Assembly: GCA_035371905.1 (NCBI GenBank)
Contig: DAORXQ010000001.1
Span: forward strand, 1-60,876
Direction: 5' to 3'
DNA from: a bacterium
GTDB taxonomy: Bacteria; Ratteibacteria; UBA8468; B48-G9; JAFGKM01
DNA length: 60,876 nt
Made by a program: the position numbers and the translations under genes. Under the pieces are notes generated by a model. That model saw only the letters and a list, made by a program, of their open reading frames with translations. It made no database searches and was not told the origin of the DNA. Shown one piece after another: positions 19,875 to 27,934 of this stretch. Positions within the stretch are counted from its first letter, which is position 1. Each line of letters begins with the position of its first letter.

Positions 19875-21152
19875 CTACTTTAAAATACCACTTGCTTTAA
19901 GAAGTTGACTGTAAGATATCTTATACTCATACAGTGAATTATAGTAATTATTTTTTGCATCTGTTAATGCAGTAATCGCGTCAATCACATCAGTATTAGT
20001 TGCAAGTCCCTCATTATAAAGAAGATTTGCCACCCTAAAATTTTCTTCTGCAAGTTCTATCTGTTTTTTACTTTCTTCAATTTTATTTTCTGCTAATAGA
20101 AAGTTTAAATAAGCATTTTTAACCTCTATTTCTATTGAATTTTTAATTAATTCAAACTGCTTTTTAATTTCCTCTTTCTCAATCTCTGCTTTTCTTATCT
20201 TATCCTTTGTCTGACCCCAGTTCCAAATATCATAAGATAGCAAAAAACCTGTATTCCAGTTAGTATCCCATTTTCCAACAGATGTTTGAGAACCCCTTTC
20301 AATATTGTAATTAAAGAAAAAATAAATCTGTGGATATAAATTACTTTTCTCAATGTCTATATTTTTTTCATAAATTGAAATTAACTTTTCCATACTCTTT
20401 ATTTCACTTCTTTCTTTCAAAGACATTTCTTTCCACCACTGATAATCTTTTTTTTCCTCCTTTACTTCAAGAATATCTTCTATTTCAAATTCATGGTCAG
20501 GAGATTTTCCCAGAAGAAAATTTAAATTTGCTTTTGCAGTTTTTAAATAATTTTCTATCTCAATTATCCTTGTTTCTGCATTTTTTAAAGCGACTTCTGT
20601 CTTTAAAATATCAAGTTTCGTTACAATTCCTTCCTGAAATAATTTTTTTGCATCAGAAAGATGTTTTTCAAGATTTTCTTTATATTTTAACCCTGTTTCA
20701 AGATTTTTTTTAATCTTCAGAATATTATAATATGCTTTTTCAACATCAAATATTAAATTGGATAATTCATTTTCAAAATCAATTTTTGTTTTTTCATAAT
20801 TTTCTTTTGATATTTCATATGTTTTTTCAATTTTCCAGCCAGTAAAAATAGGTTGACTTAATGTAAATTTAAGTGAAAAAATATTGTCTTCTGTAAACTT
20901 CATAGGAATTCCATTAAAAACAAAACCTTCATTATCTCCAAGGTGTGTATAATTAAAGGATGTTGAAAATGTTGGGAGTTTATATTTTCCGGCTATTTCT
21001 TTTTGATAATATGCACTATCTATTTTATCCTGTGAAATTTTTAACTTTAAATTGTTTTCAATAGCAATTTTTATACATTCATCAAGATTAAACACTTCTT
21101 CAGAAAAAGAAATTAAAACAAAAACGAAAAAGAAAATTAAAAATTTTTTCAT
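19875..21152 (-). CDS. TolC-family outer membrane efflux protein
   Basis: Signal peptide and two-repeat alpha-helical/beta-barrel OEP pattern; 425 aa. Confidence 0.85.
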   Translation of the reverse strand: MKKFLIFFFVFVLISFSEEVFNLDECIKIAIENNLKLKISQDKIDSAYYQKEIAGKYKLPTFSTSFNYTHLGDNEGFVFNGIPMKFTEDNIFSLKFTLSQPIFTGWKIEKTYEISKENYEKTKIDFENELSNLIFDVEKAYYNILKIKKNLETGLKYKENLEKHLSDAKKLFQEGIVTKLDILKTEVALKNAETRIIEIENYLKTAKANLNFLLGKSPDHEFEIEDILEVKEEKKDYQWWKEMSLKERSEIKSMEKLISIYEKNIDIEKSNLYPQIYFFFNYNIERGSQTSVGKWDTNWNTGFLLSYDIWNWGQTKDKIRKAEIEKEEIKKQFELIKNSIEIEVKNAYLNFLLAENKIEESKKQIELAEENFRVANLLYNEGLATNTDVIDAITALTDAKNNYYNSLYEYKISYSQLLKASGILK

Positions 21153-21154
21153 TT

Positions 21155-21727
21155 TTATCTCCTGATTCCTTCTATAAATATTTTAAAAATAACCTCTTTC
21201 TTTTTTACAAGTGAGTATTTTCTTTCATTTAGTATCCATCTGTGAATATTTCCATGCAATATCCCAATCAATGAGTAAATTATATCTTCTAAATCAAATT
21301 TTTTTATTTTATTCTTTTTTATCTGTTCTTCAAATCCCTTCTTCATAAAATTATCCCATCTTTCAAAAAAATCCTTCCAGAATTTTTCAAAACTCTTTTT
21401 TCTTATAAATGGTTTTTCCTGAAGTAATATTTTAAAAAAAGCATAATTTTTTTCGTGATAGTCAAGATACATTTCAATCTCTTTTTTTAATCTTTCAAAA
21501 AAATCATCAATACCTTCCACCTCTTTTTTAATTTTTAGCATAAGATTTTCAAACTCTTCTTTAATTATTGAAAAAAATAAATCATTTTTATTTTTAAAAT
21601 AAAGATAAAATGTTCCCTTACCTATTCCTGCCTTCCTTGTTATCTCTTCTATTGTGGTTTTTGAATATCCCTTTTGACTTATCAATTTTTCCGCGACTTT
21701 TATAATTAATTTTCTTTTATTTTCCAT
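21155..21727 (-). CDS. TetR/AcrR family transcriptional regulator
   Basis: HTH KGYSKTTIEEITRKAGIGKGTFYLYFKNK. First gene of the efflux operon. Confidence 0.9.
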   Translation of the reverse strand: MENKRKLIIKVAEKLISQKGYSKTTIEEITRKAGIGKGTFYLYFKNKNDLFFSIIKEEFENLMLKIKKEVEGIDDFFERLKKEIEMYLDYHEKNYAFFKILLQEKPFIRKKSFEKFWKDFFERWDNFMKKGFEEQIKKNKIKKFDLEDIIYSLIGILHGNIHRWILNERKYSLVKKKEVIFKIFIEGIRR

Positions 21728-21748
21728 ATGACTGACCAGTCAGTCATA
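21727..21748. promoter_or_regulatory. Candidate TetR operator: perfect 10-bp inverted repeat TATGACTGAC-CA-GTCAGTCATA
   Basis: Read directly. Abuts the tetR start codon on one side and the -10 box on the other. Confidence 0.6.
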
Positions 21749-21777
21749 ATTCTATATTAAAATTTCTATTCTGTCAA
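21749..21777 (-). promoter_or_regulatory. Sigma70-type promoter TTGACA-N17-TAGAAT for the tetR-efflux operon
   Basis: The reverse complement of 21772-21777 is TTGACA and of 21749-21754 is TAGAAT. The 17-nt spacer was counted. Confidence 0.55.
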
Positions 21778-21855
21778 GTAATTTTCAAAAACATTGATAT
21801 TTCTACAATTATCAAATTTTAAAAAATTAACAGAAAAAGAAAAATCATGTAAAAT

Positions 21856-21883
21856 TTGACAAATATAAAAAGGAATGTAAAAT
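21856..21883 (+). promoter_or_regulatory. Sigma70-type promoter TTGACA-N16-TAAAAT for the small basic ORFs
   Basis: Read directly. About 30 nt upstream of the TTG start, with GGAGGTGA in between. Confidence 0.45.
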
Positions 21884-21913
21884 TTTAAAAAAAATTAAAG
21901 GGAGGTGAGGAAA

Positions 21914-21991
21914 TTGGCAAAAGCAAAAAAAACAGTAAAGAAAGCAGCAAAAAAAACAGCAAAGAAAAAATGCGCGAGTAAGAAAAAATGA
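21914..21991 (+). CDS. Candidate 25-aa lysine/alanine-rich basic peptide (MAKAKKTVKKAAKKTAKKKCASKKK)
   Basis: TTG start 5 nt after a strong SD AAAGGGAGGTGAGG. Has its own promoter. Its TGA overlaps the ATG of the next small ORF. Below the ORF-track cutoff. Confidence 0.35.
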   Translation: MAKAKKTVKKAAKKTAKKKCASKKK

Positions 21992-22062
21992 GAAGAAAAA
22001 AAAGAAAATTAAGATGGAGAAGTAAAAAAGCACTCCATAGAAAAAAACCTACAATGGGTTAA
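21988..22062 (+). CDS. Candidate 24-aa arginine/lysine-rich peptide (MRRKKRKLRWRSKKALHRKKPTMG)
   Basis: ATGA overlap with the preceding ORF. Ends 1 nt before the convergent prs stop. May be the second half of a single ~49-aa gene split in an A-run. Confidence 0.3.
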   Translation: MRRKKRKLRWRSKKALHRKKPTMG

Positions 22063-22992
22063 TCAGATAAAAAGTTTACTTACAGTTGTCTCAAGGTGGA
22101 TGCTTTTAATCGCTTCTCCAAGTAATTCAGAAACAGTAAGAACAGTAAATTTAGAAGGTAAAGAGAGGTGAGGGATTGTATCAGTAATAATAATTTCTTC
22201 AAAAATTGAGTTTTTGAATTTTTCAACAGCATCGCCTGCAAGAACTGCATGAGTACAGCATCCATATATAACTTTTGCTCCATTTTTCAACAAAGCAGAT
22301 GCTGCTTCTATCATTGTGTTTCCTGTGGAAATTAAATCATCTACAATAATTACCTCGCATCCATTAACGTTTCCTATAACATGCATCATTTCAACTTTAT
22401 CAGGAGATTCTCTTCTTTTATCAACTATTGCGAGATCTCCCGGTAATCTTTTTGCAAATGCTCTTGCCATTTTGACACTTCCAACATCAGGTGAAACTAT
22501 AACAGGTTTTTTAAATTTTTTTTCTCTGAGATATTTTATAATTACAGGCGCTGCAAAAAGATGGTCTACCGGTATATCAAAAAAACCCTGTATCTGTGGT
22601 GCATGAAGGTCCATTGTAAGAATCCTGTTTGCTCCTGCTGTAACAAGAAGATTTGCTACAAGTTTTGCTGTTATTGGAACTCTTGGTTGGTCTTTTCTAT
22701 CCTGTCTTGCATATCCATAATAAGGGATTACTGCTGTTACCCTTCTTGGAGATGCCCTTCTTAAAGCGTCAAGAGTTATAAGTAATTCCATCAAATTTTC
22801 ATTAACTGGTGGACAGGTTGATTGAATGATAAAAACATCCTTTCCCCTTATATTTTCTTCAATTTTTACACATATTTCACCATCTTTAAATCTATAAATA
22901 TTAATAGGGCTAAGTTCTTTATTTAAGTATTTAGCAATTTTTTTTGATAATTCTATATTGGAATTGCCTGAAAATAGCAAACAACTGTCCAT
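22063..22992 (-). CDS. prs: Ribose-phosphate pyrophosphokinase
   Basis: YYGYARQDRK and DLHAPQIQGFF motifs, plus the PRPP-binding loop VIIVDDLISTGNT. Confidence 0.92.
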   Translation of the reverse strand: MDSCLLFSGNSNIELSKKIAKYLNKELSPINIYRFKDGEICVKIEENIRGKDVFIIQSTCPPVNENLMELLITLDALRRASPRRVTAVIPYYGYARQDRKDQPRVPITAKLVANLLVTAGANRILTMDLHAPQIQGFFDIPVDHLFAAPVIIKYLREKKFKKPVIVSPDVGSVKMARAFAKRLPGDLAIVDKRRESPDKVEMMHVIGNVNGCEVIIVDDLISTGNTMIEAASALLKNGAKVIYGCCTHAVLAGDAVEKFKNSIFEEIIITDTIPHLSLPSKFTVLTVSELLGEAIKSIHLETTVSKLFI

Positions 22993-22993
22993 T

Positions 22994-23743
22994 TTATTTC
23001 CTCCTTTTTTTCAAATATTCCTCTGCCTTTTTTAAATCAGATAAGGTATTAATTCCAATTGTCTCATCTGGATCTGGTGTTGTATAAGTTGAGATTTTTT
23101 TATTTTCCAATCTATAAATTTTTATTATGTCGGTAAGATAATATTCTTTTTTCAAAGAATTCATTTCTATCTTTTTCAAACTTGAAAATAAACTATCTGA
23201 TTTAAAAACATATACACCTGCATTTATTTCTTTAATCCTTTTTTCTTCATCACTTGCATTTACTTCCTCAACTATCCCTATAACTTCTCTTCTTTCATTT
23301 CTTAAAATCCTTCCGTAACCAGTGGGATTATCTACAATAGAAGTTAAAAAGGTACAATAACTATTTTCTTCTCTGTGTATTTTAATAAGAGTATTTATTG
23401 TTTTTTCAGAAATAAAAGGTACATCTCCATTAAGAACAATTATATCTCCTTTAAAATTATTCAGTATTTTTTCTGCCTGTAAAACAGCATCACCTGTTCC
23501 TTTCAATTCTTTTTGTTCCACATATTCAACATTTTCACCTTCAAGTTCCTTAAAAACTTCTTCTTTTTTAAAACCAATAACTATTATTATTTTTGATGGA
23601 TTGATTTTTTTTATTGTTTCAAGAAGATACTTAAGCATTGGTTTTCCAAGAAGTTTTGTAACTGTTTTCTGATTTTCTCCACCAAGTCGTTTTCCCATCC
23701 CGGCTGCAAGAACTACAAAACATAAATTACCTTTATTTTCCAT
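22994..23743 (-). CDS. Sugar-1-phosphate nucleotidyltransferase, GlmU N-terminal-domain-like; no left-handed beta-helix acetyltransferase domain
   Basis: VLAAGMGKRLGG motif. 249 aa, ending 1 nt before prs, so there is no room for the acetyltransferase half. Confidence 0.7.
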   Translation of the reverse strand: MENKGNLCFVVLAAGMGKRLGGENQKTVTKLLGKPMLKYLLETIKKINPSKIIIVIGFKKEEVFKELEGENVEYVEQKELKGTGDAVLQAEKILNNFKGDIIVLNGDVPFISEKTINTLIKIHREENSYCTFLTSIVDNPTGYGRILRNERREVIGIVEEVNASDEEKRIKEINAGVYVFKSDSLFSSLKKIEMNSLKKEYYLTDIIKIYRLENKKISTYTTPDPDETIGINTLSDLKKAEEYLKKRRK

Positions 23744-23754
23744 TTTTTTCTTTC

Positions 23755-23825
23755 CTGCCCGGCAAGGACTCGAACCTTGATCCTCGGCTCCAAAGGCCGG
23801 TGTGTTACCATTACACTACCGGGCA
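23755..23825 (-). tRNA. tRNA-Gln (anticodon UUG)
   Basis: The reverse complement folds by hand into a cloverleaf: acceptor TGCCCGG/CCGGGCA, D stem GTGT/ACAC, anticodon loop CT-TTG-GA, T arm CAAGG-TTCGAGT-CCTTG. CCA is not encoded. Confidence 0.85.
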
Positions 23826-23871
23826 AACCTTCTGAGAAGTTTAAAAATAAATAGTTAATTAATAGAAAAAT

Positions 23872-24261
23872 TTATTGTTCAGGGTAATTCTTTCCTGTCC
23901 CTTTTTTAACTTTTTCATACTCTTCAAGAACCTTTTTTTGAATATATTCTCTAAAATCTGTTTTTATTGGATGAGCAAGGTCCCTGTGCTGTTGAGAAGG
24001 AGAAAGTCGTTGTTGATTTACTGGATTTAAAGATGCTCCACATGAACCACAAAATTTGTGGCTTATGGGATTTTTAAATCCACATCTTGAACAGGGTCTC
24101 TGCATCTTTTTGCTGGGCATAGCAACAAAAAGTCCTCTTTTACCCTCTATAATCCTTATATCTCTTACCACAAAAGAATCATCAAAAGTTATTGAAGCAT
24201 AAGCTCTTAAACGACTGTTTGGTCTTTCCACAAGAGAAATTCTGGTTTCAGTAATTTCCAT
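23872..24261 (-). CDS. spoVG: SpoVG-family protein with an inserted CxxC..CxxC zinc ribbon
   Basis: The N-terminus MEITETRISLV...AYASITFDDSFVVRDIRIIEGKRGLFVAMPSKK matches SpoVG. It is then interrupted by CSRCGFKNPISHKFCGSCGASL before the conserved RDLAHPI segment. Confidence 0.8.
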   Translation of the reverse strand: MEITETRISLVERPNSRLRAYASITFDDSFVVRDIRIIEGKRGLFVAMPSKKMQRPCSRCGFKNPISHKFCGSCGASLNPVNQQRLSPSQQHRDLAHPIKTDFREYIQKKVLEEYEKVKKGTGKNYPEQ

Positions 24262-25123
24262 CTTTACCTCCTTTTACAAGCATAACACTTTCAACTTCTA
24301 TTTTTTCCCAATTTTTCAAAAAAATTAAATTTTTAACCTTTCTGACCTCCTCCTTCTCTTTAAATATACTGAATAAAACCCCACCACTTCCACTCAAAAA
24401 AAATCTTTTTCCTGTTTTTTTCTCTACCTCATCTCTCACCTCCTTTATCTCATTATTCAATTCAAAACATGGCTTTTCAAGACGATTAAACATATATTTT
24501 TCCATTTCACAAATATCGCCTTCTTCTATCTTTTCAATAAGAATTCTAACTTTTTCGCCTGCATATGTCAAATTACCAAATTCTCCAAGTTCATCAAGTT
24601 TATTATAAACATCAGATGTTTCTACAGAAAATTCAGGGATTAAAAGTAAATAATAAAATTTGAAATCATTACAAATTTTAAATCTTTCTCCATAATTTTC
24701 TATCAAACATCTCTTACCGGAGAGAAACAAAGGAACATCAGAACCAATTTTTTTTGCAATTTCAACCATATTATCTATATTAAATCCGAAATTAAACATT
24801 TTGTTTAAATAAATCAACACGTAGGCAGCATCGGAACTCCCACCACCAAGACCTGTTCCAGGAGGAATTTTTTTTTCAATTTTTATGTCTACTTCAAAAT
24901 TGAATCTTTTTTTCAAGATAGAAATCAATTTTGTAACTGTATTGTCAGGTGGTATTTCCCATTTTGAAACAAAACTTATATTTGTTTTTCCCGATGGATT
25001 TAAATATATAAAGTCGTATAAGGAAACTATGTCTATAAGGGAAACTAAAGGATGAAGAGAACCATTCTTCTGCCCAACCTCAAGAAAAAGATTAATTTTT
25101 GCCGGTGCCTTTATCTTCAACAT
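24248..25123 (-). CDS. ispE: 4-diphosphocytidyl-2-C-methyl-D-erythritol kinase
   Basis: KAPAKINLFLEV, PPGTGLGGGSSDAA (GHMP kinase motif). The likely start is the internal Met (MLKIKAP), 8 codons inside the tracked ORF. Confidence 0.88.
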   Translation of the reverse strand: MLKIKAPAKINLFLEVGQKNGSLHPLVSLIDIVSLYDFIYLNPSGKTNISFVSKWEIPPDNTVTKLISILKKRFNFEVDIKIEKKIPPGTGLGGGSSDAAYVLIYLNKMFNFGFNIDNMVEIAKKIGSDVPLFLSGKRCLIENYGERFKICNDFKFYYLLLIPEFSVETSDVYNKLDELGEFGNLTYAGEKVRILIEKIEEGDICEMEKYMFNRLEKPCFELNNEIKEVRDEVEKKTGKRFFLSGSGGVLFSIFKEKEEVRKVKNLIFLKNWEKIEVESVMLVKGGKDGNY

Positions 25124-25664
25124 TATTCTTACTCTTCCTTTTTGCAACCTTAACCATTGATGGCTTTATAACTCTATCATTATAAAGATATCCACTCTTT
25201 TCCTCTTCTACTATTATACCATCTTCAAAATCATCTGTCTCTATAACTCCTGTTGCTTCATGAAAATGGGGATTAAATTTTTCTCCTTTTGCTTGTATTT
25301 TCTTCACACCAAGATTTTCAAGAAACTTCTCAAACTCCTTTTTAAGCAGTTCAAGTCCTTTTTTAATAACTTCAACTGAAGGAGTCCTGTCTATCTGTTT
25401 TAAAACACTTTCAAAAATTTCATCAAATGGTATGAGTTGTAAAATAAGATTTTCATTTCCATATTTAAGTATATCCCTTTTTTCTCTTTCAATTCTTTTT
25501 CTATAATTATCAAATTCTGCCAGAGTACGCAAATACTTATCGTTCAATTCTTCTATTTTTTTATCTGATTTTTCTTTTTCTTTCAAAAGTTCTTTAAATT
25601 TTTTAGCGATTTCTCTTAAATTATTTAAATCATCTTCCTTCACATAATATATCTTTTTGTTCAT
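25092..25664 (-). CDS. grpE: Nucleotide exchange factor GrpE
   Basis: RTLAEFDNYRKRIEREK and a C-terminal beta domain. The Met at 25664 forms an ATGA overlap with the lepB stop; the tracked ORF extends to 25685. Confidence 0.88.
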   Translation of the reverse strand: MNKKIYYVKEDDLNNLREIAKKFKELLKEKEKSDKKIEELNDKYLRTLAEFDNYRKRIEREKRDILKYGNENLILQLIPFDEIFESVLKQIDRTPSVEVIKKGLELLKKEFEKFLENLGVKKIQAKGEKFNPHFHEATGVIETDDFEDGIIVEEEKSGYLYNDRVIKPSMVKVAKRKSKNNVEDKGTGKN

Positions 25665-26203
25665 TTTATAAACCCCATTCTCCAAGGTGGCCAGTAAATA
25701 AAAAGTGCTTTACCTATAAGATTTTTTCTGGGGACAAAACCCCAATCTCTACTGTCAGAACTATTTATACTGTTATCTCCAAGAACATAATATGAATTTT
25801 CAGAAACTTCTATTTCTTTTTCAACTCCATATTCTCCAATACTATAATAATACCTGCAACTTATTTTTGGGTCTTCAATTACTTTGCCATTTATATATAT
25901 TTTACCCTCTTTTATCATAACTTTTTCTCCTGGAAGTCCAATCAATCTTTTAACAAAATCTCTTTTCGGGTCATGTGGTGGCTTAAAAATAATGACTTCC
26001 CCTCTCTTTGGCTCTCTGATTTTAAAAATTATATTATTAGAAAGAAGACGGTCTCCAACTTTCAATGTTGGAACCATAGAAGTAGTTGGGATTTTAAAAT
26101 TGCCCACAAAGAATGTTCTTATAAATAAAGCAATTATAAATGCCCAAAACAGCGATTTAAACCAGTTAAATGTTTCCTTTTTTAAATCTTTTTTCTTTTT
26201 CAT
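25661..26203 (-). CDS. lepB: Signal peptidase I
   Basis: SMVPTL (catalytic Ser), KRLIGLPGE (Lys box), GDNSINSSDSRDWGFV. Confidence 0.9.
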   Translation of the reverse strand: MKKKKDLKKETFNWFKSLFWAFIIALFIRTFFVGNFKIPTTSMVPTLKVGDRLLSNNIIFKIREPKRGEVIIFKPPHDPKRDFVKRLIGLPGEKVMIKEGKIYINGKVIEDPKISCRYYYSIGEYGVEKEIEVSENSYYVLGDNSINSSDSRDWGFVPRKNLIGKALFIYWPPWRMGFIK

Positions 26204-26250
26204 TTTTATGTTTTTTGAAGTTTAAATTTTAACATCTTATTTTTTATTTA

Positions 26251-27324
26251 TCAATTTTTCCCTTCTAAATATATAGATGAATATGCTTTAACCATTTCTT
26301 CAAAAGAATAATTCTTTTTTATTTTTTCTCTTGCTCTCTGTCCCATTTTTTCTCTTAAATTTTTATCTTCTATCAATTTTATAATGTTTTCAGCCATTTT
26401 TTTATAATCACCACTTTTTACAATATATCCATCTTCTCCATTTTCAATAATATAGGGAACATCTCCGACATCAGTAGCAACAGGGGCTATCCCGTATCCC
26501 ATACTTTCAAGTAAACTGACAGGACATCCCTCCCACAGAGAAGGAAGAACAAAAATATCAAAGATTTTTAGATATTCATAAATGTTTTCAGCATATCCAG
26601 TTAAAACAAAATATTCAGAAAGCCCATTCTTCTCTATCTCCCTTATAATTTCATCTTTTAATTCGCCTTCTCCTACAATATAAAACTTAACATTTTTAAA
26701 TTTCTCTATAACTATCTTACCCGCTTTGATTAAATTAAAATATCCTTTTGCCTTTCTCAAGTTACCAATTGCACCTATAACTATATAATCTTTATTAATC
26801 CTTTCTATTCTTACGGGTATTTCAATTCCATTTGGTATAACTTTTATTTTTCTTCTCGGTATTTTCCCTTTTTTTATCAGAACTTCTCTTGCTGAATAAG
26901 AATTTGATATGATTAAATCAACATATCTTTCTGTTATTCTTTCTAAAAACCAGTGATACCACTTCCGCCAGGGGTCTGTACTTCTCTGGGAAGAAATTAT
27001 AAACTTAATACCCGCAATTTTTCCATAAATTCTACCAATGATATTTCCAACAAAAAGAAAAGATTGAAGGACATCCAATTTTTCTTTTTTTAAATAAATT
27101 AAAAGAGTTAGAAAGGAAATTGGATTTCTTTTTAAGTCAAAAACATAAACTTTAAAATTTTCATCCCTTAACTTTTTAGTAAATTTCCCCTCTCCCTTTA
27201 TACAGAAAAAAACAATTTCAAAAATATTTTTATCAAGATATTTTGCAATCGTTAATATCATTTTTTCTGTTCCACCAATTTCAGAACTACCAATTAAATA
27301 ACCAATTTTGACTTTATTTCCCAT
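26251..27324 (-). CDS. Glycosyltransferase, GT4 (GT-B fold)
   Basis: C-terminal PSLWEGCPVSLLESMGYGIAPVATDVG (E-x7-E region); 357 aa. Confidence 0.8.
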   Translation of the reverse strand: MGNKVKIGYLIGSSEIGGTEKMILTIAKYLDKNIFEIVFFCIKGEGKFTKKLRDENFKVYVFDLKRNPISFLTLLIYLKKEKLDVLQSFLFVGNIIGRIYGKIAGIKFIISSQRSTDPWRKWYHWFLERITERYVDLIISNSYSAREVLIKKGKIPRRKIKVIPNGIEIPVRIERINKDYIVIGAIGNLRKAKGYFNLIKAGKIVIEKFKNVKFYIVGEGELKDEIIREIEKNGLSEYFVLTGYAENIYEYLKIFDIFVLPSLWEGCPVSLLESMGYGIAPVATDVGDVPYIIENGEDGYIVKSGDYKKMAENIIKLIEDKNLREKMGQRAREKIKKNYSFEEMVKAYSSIYLEGKN

Positions 27325-27925
27325 ATATCGGTTCCGGTAAAAGAGATGGAATATTCCTTTTTATTTTTTGATAGGCAACCATACCATTCAATGACGCTCT
27401 TGGATACCACAAATAATCAATTGTTTTTATTTTTTCAATATTTTTAAATTCTTTTAAGTTTATAACTCCCGGACCGATTAAAAAACAATCTTCCCTTTCA
27501 ATCTTTAAAAGTAGATTTTTTAAGGTAATTTTTTTTATTTTGAATGAGTTTTTATAATTAAATCTTCCATTAAATTCTGAGTAAAAAAACATATCCCTTG
27601 AAGAATAAACTATACCTATAAATTTCTCCTTTATATCTTTAACTGAATAAAAAATTGAGTCAAACACATTTACAACATATATTTTACTTTTATCTGCAAG
27701 AACAAGTCCCTTTGCAAAACTGATACCAATACGAATACCTGTCCATGAACCAGGTCCTGCAGAGACAACAACATAATCAAAATCTTCATAAATAATATTA
27801 AGTTTTTCAATAATCTCACCAGCAATATCTGAACTTTCAAACAAAATTTCTTTTTTTAAATTATTATATTCAAGAAGTGCTATACTGCCAAAATTTGTAG
27901 TTGTTTCAATGGAAAGAATTTTCAT
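27314..27925 (-). CDS. tsaB: tRNA t6A biosynthesis protein TsaB (YeaZ)
   Basis: MKILSIETTTNFGSIALL, GPGSWTGIRIGISFAKG. Confidence 0.85.
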   Translation of the reverse strand: MKILSIETTTNFGSIALLEYNNLKKEILFESSDIAGEIIEKLNIIYEDFDYVVVSAGPGSWTGIRIGISFAKGLVLADKSKIYVVNVFDSIFYSVKDIKEKFIGIVYSSRDMFFYSEFNGRFNYKNSFKIKKITLKNLLLKIEREDCFLIGPGVINLKEFKNIEKIKTIDYLWYPRASLNGMVAYQKIKRNIPSLLPEPIYGK

Positions 27926-27934
27926 TTTAAATTT

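Noticed and set aside
21845-22033. 62-aa minus-strand ORF (MLFYFSILIFFFFFSFF..)
   Set aside because: It is the antisense shadow of the lysine-rich plus-strand mini-ORFs. Poly-Phe arises from AAA codons. The promoter and SD are on the plus strand.
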